Assembly: GCA_032718475.1 (NCBI GenBank)
Contig: JAUCBJ010007728.1
Location: 1 to 64,000 of the forward strand
Origin: Nemertoderma westbladi
Lineage: Eukaryota > Animalia > Xenacoelomorpha
Direction of reading: 5' to 3'
Length of the DNA: 64,000 nucleotides
Shown here: piece after piece, positions 1 to 9,990 of the stretch
Layout of the letters: every line of letters starts with the position of its first letter
Position numbering within the stretch: the stretch's first letter is position 1
Program-made: the position numbers and the translations under genes
The notes under the pieces: generated by a model
Databases searched by the model: none
What the model saw: the letters and a program-made list of their open reading frames with translations, nothing else
What the model was told of the DNA's origin: nothing

Positions 1-420
1 TAGTCCCGGTTGTGGTTGTGGGCACCGTTAGCGCCACGTAGATAGAGTAGAGTAGTAGAGAGGGCACATAGGGTGCCAGATAGTTAGAGTTAGTAGTAGA
101 GGGGTTGTGGGCACCCTAAGCACCACGTAGTTAGAAGAGTTGGTAAGAGTTAGAGAGAGTTAGTAGAAGTAGAGAGTTAGTAGCAGAGTAGAAGTAGTAG
201 TGGAGTGGTTGTGGGCACCGCAAGCGCCACGTAGACGGAAGTTAGTAGTAAGCAGAGTGGTTGTGGGCACCGCAAGCGCCACGTAGAGAGTAGAAAAGAG
301 TTAGTAGACTTAGCAGAGAGTAGAGTTAGTGGTTAGTAGAGTTAGAGTTAGAGTTAGTAGGCTTAGAGAAATAGTTAGAGTTAGTAAGTTAGAGAGTTAG
401 ATAGTATGATAGCACAGGGG
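1..420 (+). repeat. Array of GGTTGTGGGCACCGYWAGCGCCACGTAG motifs separated by low-complexity AGAGTTAGT spacers
   Basis: Motif copies near 14-41, 103-130, 207-234 and 259-286, plus a degenerate copy near 60-83. Spacers are built from GTTAG/AGAG/GTAG words. Confidence 0.8.
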
Positions 421-1045
421 TAGCATTAGAGATTAGGGCCTTAGGGTGTGGCAGAGAGTAGAGAGGAGATAGTGAGAAGAGCTGTTGGCGAGAGAGAAGA
501 GTGCGATTCAGGTGTGGCGAGAGGATAAGAGCGAGTTGAGTTAGAGAGCGGAGTTAGACTGGCGAGAGTGTTGGGGAAACAAAAATTGTGTGAGAGAAGC
601 GCACGATCGGCCCGACACGAGGCGCCAGAGGGTAGTGACATCATACCCATAGGGAGCGGCCTGGAAAGCCGACTCCGAGAAAATAACTCCACCCCACACC
701 CGATAATAGATCGAGTTCCAGTGGAATTGAAGCGCACTTAGAGGTTGATGCTATCTTCTCACCGGGAAGATAGCATGGGGGGAGTGTGAGTGTGGATACA
801 ATTCCACCTCACCAAACCCCCATAAAGTGGGAAAGAGCACCTCTAAGCAATATTGGGAGCACGAGGTTGATTACCAATCAACCTCGTGTCACCCCAGTAA
901 ACGGGGACAATAGGCCCCAGAGAACACACACACAATAGGGGTCAGGGGTTACACCCCTGAGAGAGAGGGAATAGCAGGAGTAAAGGGAAACACTCCAGAG
1001 GGTGAGAAGTGAGCTACTAGCCAATGGGGAGGGGCATCAGCTAGG

Positions 1046-1379
1046 TGAAGGCCACAGTACAGTAAGGCTGTATAGATATATTATACTGTGTACCATACCG
1101 GTCAGTTAGTTTACTCAGCAGTCACTCAGTGAACACCGGTGACATCTTTGCACCGTCATCGTCACCCAATACTGCTATACCGGTACATATCTTATTATGC
1201 TGTTTATTGCTGCCTATCTGTGACTTACTGTGTCATATATACATATATCGTTATCTATAATATCAAGGAACATCAATCAATTCATTTCACTACAACGGCC
1301 TCGGCCTCGGCACCCAAGGGTAAACACGGTGACGCGTAGCAAACAACACCGGATAAACCGGGATCCTCGGATCCCGTCA
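1046..1379 (+). repeat. Putative 3' LTR (~334 bp)
   Basis: TGAAGG...CCGTCA imperfect terminal inverted repeat, ~11 nt after a purine tract. No partner LTR in the window, so the left boundary is tentative. Confidence 0.35.
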
Positions 1380-2606
1380 AATGAAAGTCACAAGAACAGG
1401 TAACACTTACATTTATAGAAGAACATTTATAGAAGTAATCAGCTGTTATTTGCTACGTCTTTCCGCTGAGGATGAATGAATTTTGATTGTGTCAGAACAC
1501 CCCCTATCTGTGGTTGTATGAGTGGAGAGATAAGTAGCCTAACTCCCTATTAATATTGTTGTGTTCTAGAATATTTATTATTGTTCCATCGTGTTGCTAA
1601 AGTGGCTGGAGCTAAAGTTATTATGTAATGCAATAAATCACCTCAAATATCTCAGCTATTTCATGAACATAATGAAGTATTAAAGCCATGTCAAAATCAT
1701 TGGTGTTTTTCTGCAATAATATATCAAAATATCCTCTGATTTTTTACAAAAACTATATCGATTTTCATATTTATAACTTCTATCCCACTCCATGAGATAG
1801 AGAATCTTAAATGAACGTCAAAAGAACAGGTAACACTTACATTTATAGCAGTAATCAGTTGTTATTTGCTACGTCTTTCCGCTGGAGATGGATGAATTTT
1901 GATTGCGTTGGAACACCCCCTATCTGTGGCTGTCTGAGTGGAGAGATAAGTAGCCTATCTCCCTGTTAATATTGTTGTGTTCTAGAATATTTATTATGGT
2001 TTCATCGTATTGCCAAAGTGACTAGAGCTGAAGTTGACTCATAATACAACAATTCACCTCAAATATCTCAGCTATTTCATGAACATAATGAAGTATTAAA
2101 GCCATGTCAAAATCATTGATTTTTTTCAAAAACCATATCGATTTTCATATTTATAACTTCTATCCCACTCCACGAGATAGAGAATCTTAAATGAAAGTCA
2201 AAAGAACAGGTAACACTTACATTTATAGAAGTAATCAGCTGTTATTTGCTACGTCTTTCCGCTGAAGATGAATGAATTTTGATTGTGTCAGAACACCCCC
2301 TATCTGTGGTTGTATGAGTGGAGAGATAAGTAGCCTATCTCCCTATTAATATTGTTGTGTTCTAGAATATTTTTTATAGTTTCATCGTATTACCAAAGTG
2401 ACTAGAGCTGAAGTTGACTCATAATACAATAATTCACCTCAAATATCTCAGCTATTTCATGAACATAATGAAGTATTAAAGCCATCTCGAAATCCTTGGT
2501 GTTTTTCTGCAATAATTTATCAGAATATCCTCTGTTTTTTTACAAAAACCATATCGATTTTCTTATTTATATCTTCTATCCCACTCTACGAGATAGAGAA
2601 TCTTAA
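1380..2606. repeat. ~416-bp satellite, block 1 (~3 monomers)
   Basis: Monomer starts ATGAAAGTCA(C/A)AAGAACAGGTAACACTTAC at 1381, 1811 and 2191; ends GAGATAGAGAATCTTAA. Confidence 0.97.
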
Positions 2607-4159
2607 CCCTATTAGTACCGGGCTATAAAATGTTGTACAAATACCGGGAGGGGGTCATATTGACCCCCCCCCTCTAAAATCTACAAATATTTACCAAAAC
2701 GTCTGATTTTTTGTTTGTACGTAGGTATGACTTGTCTGGATCCGACCGAAAAAAATTTTTTTCGAAAAAATGTACTGGGGTGGTTATATTGCAGCACCAA
2801 AATTACAAGTAGTGCACAATTTTCACCAAATTTGAAAGTTACATTTTCAGCTAATAATTTTTCAATACAGGTTTTCTGGGGTGCAAAATACATTGGAAAA
2901 TATTAAAAAATGATATGATTACTATAAATGGCTTGTTTAGTCTTCTCTGCGTAGGAAAAAAATGAAAAAAACAAGTAACCAGCACTTTTCAGTTAGAACA
3001 CAAAATTTTTAATTCACTTATACGATGCTATAAATTCACATTTTTAGGTTTTCGAGGGCGCTGATTCTAATGGAATACATTTCTAATATGCTAGATCATT
3101 GCTACTTGTATTTTTCGGCGAAATTTGGCAAATTTTGGTGCTAGCACCTAATTTCGTACCCATCACCAAAAAGTACAAGTTTGCGATGTCCAGTGCTGTT
3201 TTTATTGATTACATCGGATTCAGGACCCTCATAAACCCGTATAACACAAGAAACAAGGTGATACTATCTACTTATCAATTTGCATATTTTCCAAAATTTG
3301 GTGCTGGCACAACAATTTTCACCCACCGTCGAAAAATACAAGTTTGAGAACTCTTATGAAATTTTTACTGATTTCATTGAATTCAGAACCATCACAAACC
3401 CGTATAACGCAAGAAACAAGGTGACACAATCAATTGATATATTTGATGGTTTTCAAAATTTGGTGCTAGCACCACATTTTGCACCCACATCCGAAAAATA
3501 TAAGTTTGAGATGTCTAGTTCGATAATTATATTTTCCATTGAATTCAGAACAGCCATAAACCTCTAAAACGCAAGAAATAAATTCTCACAAGCAATTTTA
3601 TCTATTGAATGGATTTTCAAAATTTCGTGCTAGCACCAAAATTTGCACACAGCACCAAAAAATACAAGTTTGATACGCTTGGTGCAACTCGTATATATTT
3701 CATCGAATCCAGAATCCCAAAAAACTCCAATTGCGTAAAAAACAAGTTTCAAACGATCAATTTACAAAATTTACTTATTTCAAAATTTGGTGCTGGCACC
3801 AAAATTTGGCACCCACCGAAAAAAACAAGTTTGAAATTTCTAAATCAATTTATATGAATTCCATCAAATTTCTAACACCAAAAAACCGGTGTAAATCAAA
3901 AATAGAGATGTTACAATTCATATTTAATGAAATGTAATTTTCAAAAAACGTCTCAAAAAAAGTGCCAAAAGTAGGGTTAAAAAATGGTGCTATAACTCGA
4001 AAAGTACCCAATATTTTTGAAAACGGTTTTCACTACTAGGAAGACAATAGATTTTCAGGAAAAGTCGTAAAATTTCAGATTACCAACTGCGTTTGTTTCA
4101 GAATTATAATAAAAAAACCACGGGGGGGGTCATATTGACCCCCCCCGGGTTTAATAGGG
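2607..4159. mobile_element. Non-autonomous piggyBac-type DNA transposon (MITE, 1553 bp)
   Basis: TTAA duplicated at 2603-2606 and 4160-4163, with the satellite resuming in register. CCCT...AGGG termini; imperfect TIR CCCTATTAGTACCGGG / CCCGGGTTTAATAGGG. Subterminal palindrome GGGGGTCATATTGACCCCC at both ends. No transposase ORF. Confidence 0.85.
3120..3900. repeat. ~163-bp diverged tandem repeat (about 5 copies) inside the MITE
   Basis: Palindromic core (G/C)GTGCTRGCAC recurs at 3137, 3300, 3462, 3626 and 3789, each followed by AAAAATACAAGTTTG-like text. Confidence 0.85.
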
Positions 4160-5739
4160 TTAAATGAAAGTCAAAAGAACAGGTAACACTTACATTTATA
4201 GAAGTAATCAGCTGTTATTTGCTACGTCTTTCCGCTGAAGATGAATGAATTTTGATTGTCTCAGAAAACCCCCTATCTGTGGTTGTATGAGTGGAGAGAT
4301 AAGTAGCCTATCTCCCTATTAATATTGTTGTGTTCTATAATATTTATTATTGTTTCATCGTATTGCTAAAGTGGCTGGAGCTAAAGTTATTATAAGCTAA
4401 AGTTATTCACCTCAAATATCTCAGCTATTTCATGAACATAATGAAGACATAGTGGAGAGATAAGTAGCCTATCTCCTTGTTAATATTGTTGTGTTCTAGA
4501 ATATTTATTATAGTTTCATCGTATTACCAAAGTGACTAGAGCTGAAGTTGACTCATAATACAATAATTCACCTCAAATATCTCAGCTATTTCATGAACAT
4601 AATGAAGTATTAAAGCCATCTCGAAATCCTTGGTGTTTTTCTGCAATAATTTATCAGAATATCCTCTGTTTTTTTACAAAAACCATATCGATTTTCATAT
4701 TTATAACTTCTAACCCACTCCAAGAGATAGAGAATCTTAAATGAAAGTCACAAGAACAGGTAACACTTACATTTATAGAAGTAATCAGCTGTTATTTGCT
4801 ACGTCTTTCCGCTGAGGATGAATGAATTTTGATTGTGTCAGAACACCCCTTATCTGTGGTTGTATGAGTGGAGAGATAAGTAGCCTAACTCCCTATTAAT
4901 ATTGTTGTGTTCTAGAATATTTATTATTGTTTCATCGTATTGCTAAAGTGGCTGGAGCTACAGTTATTATGTAATGCAATAAATCACCTCAAATATCTCA
5001 GCTATTTCATGAACATAATGAAGTATTAAAGCCATGTCAAAATCATTGGTGTTTTTCTGCAATAATATATCAAAATATCCTCTGATTTTTTACAAAAACT
5101 ATATCGATTTTCATATTTATAACTTCTATCCCACTCCACGAGATAGAGAATCTTAAATAAACATCAAAAGAACAGGTAACACTTACATTTTTTTTTTATA
5201 GCAGTAATCAGCTGTTAATTGCTACGTCTTTCTGCTGGAGATGGATGAATTTTGATTGCGTTGGAACACCCCCTATCTGTGGCTGTCTGAGTGGAGAGAT
5301 AAGTAGCCTATCTCCCTATTAATATTGTTGTGTTCTCGAATATTTTTTATAGTTTCATCGTATTGCCAAAGTGAATGGAGCTAAAGTTATTATGTAATGC
5401 AATAATTCACCTCAAATATCTCAGCTATTTCATGAACATAATGAAGTATTAAAGCCATGTCAAAATCATTGGTGTTTTTCTGCAATAATATATCAAAATA
5501 TCATCTGATTTTTTACAAAAACTATATCGATTTTCATATTTATAACTTCTATCCCACTCCATGAGATAGAGAATCTTAAATGAACGTTAAAAGAACAGGT
5601 AACACTTACATTTATAGCAGTAATCAGCTGTTATTTGCTACGTCTTTCCGCTGGAGATGGATGAATTTTGATTGCGTTGGAACACCCCCTATCTGTGGCT
5701 GTCTGAGTGGAGAGATAAGTAGCCTATCTCCCTGTTAAT
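4160..5739. repeat. ~416-bp satellite, block 2
   Basis: Monomer starts near 4164, 4741, 5157 and 5580; includes a deleted monomer junction at ~4447. Confidence 0.97.
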
Positions 5740-5952
5740 TTACCTTTTATTCAACACCTCGGCAGACTTTTATTCAACACCCCGGCATAATCAATGTTAA
5801 TCTATTGTCAATGTCAATGATGTATAAACAGTTATGTTGAGGTTTAACTGGCCTACCTACCGTACCGCTAATTTTGACATCGTTACATCTGAACATCTCT
5901 GTAATAATTTTAATTATTTAATATAAATGCTTGACGATCATTACACAATTAT

Positions 5953-8900
5953 GTGATTATGTCGCAAAGTTCCCAGCGATGTTGCGGCTGCGTGGTCGCA
6001 TTATGCGGCCCCTCCACCAAGTGCCGGTGCGTCCGCGCGGGTAGTCCATGCACCGGGTGCAAACCATCGGACGACGGCCGGTGTGGGAACCCCAACAACT
6101 TGTCGGTTTCCACCGCGTTAACGAGCGAGGGAGAAGAATCGGACTCGGATTCGTTTGCGAGTGAGGACTCGTACACGAGGAGTGGCGTGGTCACCCAGAT
6201 CCCGGTACTCCGCGCAGACGAAACCAACAGTGGTGCTGGAATGATGCCATCGAACTCCTCCTCGTTGGCTAACGATCCGGATCCCGCAGCAACTCCCTCT
6301 CCTCTACCATCGGGGCCATCGACGTACAACCGACTGGAGGCTGCCTTCGATGTGCCGTGGCTTAATGCCCCCGGTTCGTCGACAGATCCGGATTGGGAGG
6401 CTCGCCACGCCCGCCTCACCCGGGTGGTCTGTCGCCAGTACACGGTGCCAGGCGGCAACGTCGGGCGCAAAGTGGCGGACGTGCTCGCAAGCGAGGTGGA
6501 GAAGTTGACTGAGGGGGTCTACCCCTCGGAGAGACCCCTATGTTTCCTTGCCACGATGTTCCAGCGGGACCCCGATGTGGTGAAGGGGGCGGACATCCGG
6601 CGGACCATCCAGTGTCGACTCGGGATGTGGGAACGGGAGGAGTTCCGTCAGCTCATAGCTGATGCGGAGCGCTGCAGCGCGAGATTCGCCCGCTCCCTTC
6701 GCTCAGCCCCACCTAACATGGCCAGGACCTACAACCGGAAGATCCTGGCCGGTCAGAACCGGTCCGCGGTCCGCCTCGTAACGGACCGGGACAGCGGCGG
6801 AGTGCTGGACCCCGAGTCCCAGGCTGAGGGTCAGCCGGTCGGTGTAACGGTTCGCGACGTCCTCGCCGCGAAACACCCGGCTCAGGTGGACGTCTCGCCA
6901 GACGCGTTCGACCCGTGCGACGAGTTGCCCCCCTTTGAAGCGGTGGACATTACCGGGCAACTCGTCTTGAAGGTATCGCGGTACCTTAGTGGTAGCGCCG
7001 GGCCCATCGGTGGTGACGCCGAACTGTGGAGTGCTCTCCTCACCCGCTACGAGGCGCACAGCTCCCGCCTCCGCGAGGCAGTCGCCGGGTTGGCTCGACG
7101 CCTCGCCAACTCGGTGGTCCCGTGGGGGGAAATCCGGGCGCTCCGAGCGTGCCGCCTCGTCGCTATCGACAAGGAGCCCGGCGTCCGGCCGATCGGGATC
7201 GGTGAAGTTCTGTACCGGCTCACCACGAACTGCCTCACCTCGGCCACTAAAATGGACTTTATAACTGAGTGTGGGGCGGACCAGCTCTGTGCGGGAGTGA
7301 AGGCTGGGATTGAAGGCGCGGTCCACGCGATGTCGGCGATGTTCGAGCAACCCTCCACCGAGTGTATGCTCCTCGTTGACGCCGCAAATGCCTTCAACAG
7401 CCTGAGTCGCCCTGTGGCCTTGTGGAACGCGCGCGTTTACTGGCACCGGTGCTCCCGGTACCTGTTTAACGCTTATAACGGCCACGCAGCCCTATACCTA
7501 CAGGGGTCTAGCAAACCACTGTGGAGTAGGGAGGGCTATACGCGGGGCGATCCGGCCGCCATGCTGGGCTATGGCTGTGGGACTCTCCCCAAGGTCCGCT
7601 CACTTAGGGAAGTCGGATCCCTAACGGCCCCTTAGCGATCCATCACCCTGCAACCTGCCACTCAGGCTCAGTGGTCCGCCACCCGGTGACCCGCCATCCA
7701 GTGATCCGCCACCCAGAGACCCGTCATCTGGCGTCCCGCAATCCGGCGACCAGAAATCCAGAGATCCGTCATCAGACGACCCGCATTCCGGCGAACCGCC
7801 ACCCGGAGACCCGCCACCCTGCGACCCGCCACCCGGCGACACGCCACCCTTGAACCCGCTACCCGGCGACCCGCCACCCGGCGACCCACCACCTGTCGAC
7901 CCGCCACCTTGCGACACGCCACCCATCAACCCGCCACCGGCAACCCGCCACCCGGCGACACGCCACCCTGGGAGCCGCCACTCAGACTCGGTGATCCGCC
8001 ACCCGGCGACCCACCACCTGTCGACCCGCCACCTTGCGACACGCCACCCATCGACCCGCCACCCGGCAACCCGCCACCCGGCGACACGCCACCCTGCGAG
8101 CCGCCACTCAGACTCAGTGATCCGCAACCCGGCGACACGCCAACGAGGCACCCGCCACACAGAGACCCGCCACCCTGCGACCCGCGACCCAGAGACCCAC
8201 TATCCGCCGATACACCACCCAGAGACCCGCTACCCGTCAACACGCAACCCTGCTACCCACCACCCAGAGACCAGCCACCTGTAAGTACCACCTTCTGGCA
8301 AAAGCAGTGTTGGTACGCTGATGACGCCTCGTCTGCGGGGTCCGTCGCCGGAGTGTGGGAATGGTGGGAGGAGCTGCGCCACTGTGGACCCCGAATTGGC
8401 TACAAACCGGAGCCCGCGAAGAGCTACCTTGTTGTGAAACCGGAGTACGCGAGGAGGGCGACGGAGGTGTTCGGGGATTCTGGAGTCCGGATCGTATCCG
8501 GCCACCGTTTCCTCGGTGGTTACGTGGGGGACTCCAAGGGACTGCGGGAGTTCATAACGGAGAAAGTGGCGGGGTGGGTTGCGAGTATCGCCCAGCTCTC
8601 CGAGGTGGTTGTGGAGTACCCGCAGACCACCCACACCGGTATGTCCCGCTGCATTCAGGCGGAGTGGGACTACCTGCTCCGGGTTGTGGAGACAAGGGAC
8701 GAGGATCTGGCGCCAATCTGCCAGGAGCTGTTGCGGCGCTTCATCCCGGCCTTCTTTGGGACTTCCCCCAGATCTGTGGATGAGGAGCTCATCCTCCTTC
8801 CTGTCCGCCATGGTGGGATCGGGATCCGGGACCCTCTGATGCGGAGGGGTCACGCGAGGGAGGCGTCGCTATTTGGGACTGCTGGGGTGGTCGAGGCAAT

Positions 8901-9837
8901 GATGACTGGTTGTCCCCTTAACGTCGCTGACCACTCCGCCTGCCTCGCCTCCGCATTGGCTGCGAGTCGCGTCGCCCAGGACGCCGCCTAGAAGGCAGCG
9001 ATGGAGTCCGCCATCCAATCCGTCCCGGCCGAAAGGCGCCGTACTGTGGACCGTACGGTGTCCCACAAGACGGGTGGGTGGCTGTCGGCGCAGCCCTCCG
9101 TGGTCGATAACACCGACCTGGCCCCGGAGGTGTTCCGCGATAACCTCGCGCTGAGGTACGGCCTCACGCCGCCCGGCCTCCCGGCGAAGTGTGAGGGGTG
9201 TGGGGAGCCGTTTACGACAACCCACGCCCTGAACTGCAAGTCGGGTGGCCTGATTATAAAGCGGCACGATGAGGTCCGGGAGGTATTCGGGGACCTTATC
9301 GCGTCTGCCTTTGGTGGGTCGTGTGTGCAGCGTGAAGTCACGCTGTGCACCGGCTACCTGGACAGAAGGGGCCGCGAGGTGGGAGGAGTTAGGGCTGATC
9401 TCCTGGCGAGGGGAGTCTGGACCGAGCAGAGGGTGGCGTCTTTCGATATTGCGATCGAAAACGCCGACACCCCCTCATACGCTCACCGGTCCTTGGACTC
9501 TGTCCTCGAGCAGAGAGTCCGAGCCAAGAAGGTGCACACAAGAAGGTGCGAGGATAGAAGGTTCTCCTTCACCCCCCTTGTCGGAACCACCGATGGAGTG
9601 TGGTTTAAGGAGACCGATACCTTCATCAGCCACATCGCTGAGACCCTTGTGGCTCGGCGGCAGGGGATGTGGGATCGTGGCCTAGCCAGCGTTCTCGGAG
9701 GAGTTCGGAGGCGGCTTCAGTTCGCGCTCCTCCGCTCCAACTCCCTCTGTTTGCGTGGTGGCCGGCGTCCCTGGAGGGCGCTGGGCTTTGGGGATGGTGC
9801 GGGTCTGCGGGGGAATGACCTCGCAGACCATTATTAA
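5953..9837 (+). pseudogene. CRE-type polyprotein: Cys-rich N-terminus, reverse transcriptase, zinc finger, restriction-like endonuclease; disrupted
   Basis: ORFs 5953-7635, 7909-8991 and 9001-9837 share one frame. RT motifs GVRPIGIGEVLYR, AGIEGAVH, DAANAFNSL, GDP, WYADD, RFLGG. CEGC...HALNC finger; RHD...E...RADLL...FD endonuclease motif. Frameshifts near 7630 and 7937, TAG at 8989-8991. Confidence 0.88.
7631..8280 (+). repeat. 15-bp minisatellite (GACCCGCCACCCGGC)n encoding DPPPG-type pentapeptides inside RT
   Basis: Directly visible 15-nt periodicity, with a ~120-bp higher-order duplication (about 7865-7995 vs 7995-8120). Confidence 0.9.
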
Positions 9838-9990
9838 TTCACGGTGCACAATTTTTAATTGTATGTTAAACCTTATTGTCTTAATTGTATTGTTCTGATT
9901 GGTGGTGGGATGCTGGTGCAGTTTTATATGTTAATCTATGATGTTTAGTTGAACGTAACAAAACCTAAACCTTTTTTATACAATATCTCA

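Larger units (their letters stand above)
1..1379 (+). mobile_element. 3' non-coding end of an LTR retrotransposon related to the BEL/Pao element at 55091-63296 (runs off window start)
   Basis: ~565-1038 is clearly homologous to the reverse complement of ~55093-55580 (shared blocks such as TTGGGGAAACAAAA, GCACGATCGGCCCGACAC, ATGCTATCTTCTCACCGGGAAGATAG, AAGCAATATTGGGAGCA). Purine tract GGGGAGGGG at 1026-1034. Ends ...CCGTCA at 1379 against the satellite. Confidence 0.7.
5740..9990 (+). mobile_element. CRE-clade non-LTR retrotransposon (RLE type), apparently full length
   Basis: 14-bp TSD ATCTCCCTGTTAAT at 5726-5739 and 9991-10004. GC-rich single ORF with RT and a C-terminal restriction-like endonuclease; short AT-rich UTRs. 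Confidence 0.9.

Noticed and set aside
1-460. Telomeric TTAGG/TTAGGG repeats
   Set aside because: GTTAG words are irregular and interspersed with AGAG/GTAG; there is no true tandem telomere tract.
3099-3937. Short ORFs in the MITE and satellite (also 10052-10264)
   Set aside because: They arise from repeat units, have no domain motifs and are not maintained between copies.
8281-8307. Intron removing the Pro-rich RT insert
   Set aside because: The GTAAGT donor-like site lies at the 3' end of the insert, not its start, and no suitable donor/acceptor pair brackets it.
5949-9685. Overlapping and antisense ORFs within the CRE element, and similar ones over 56000-63400
   Set aside because: Shadow ORFs of GC-rich coding sequence with no recognisable motifs.
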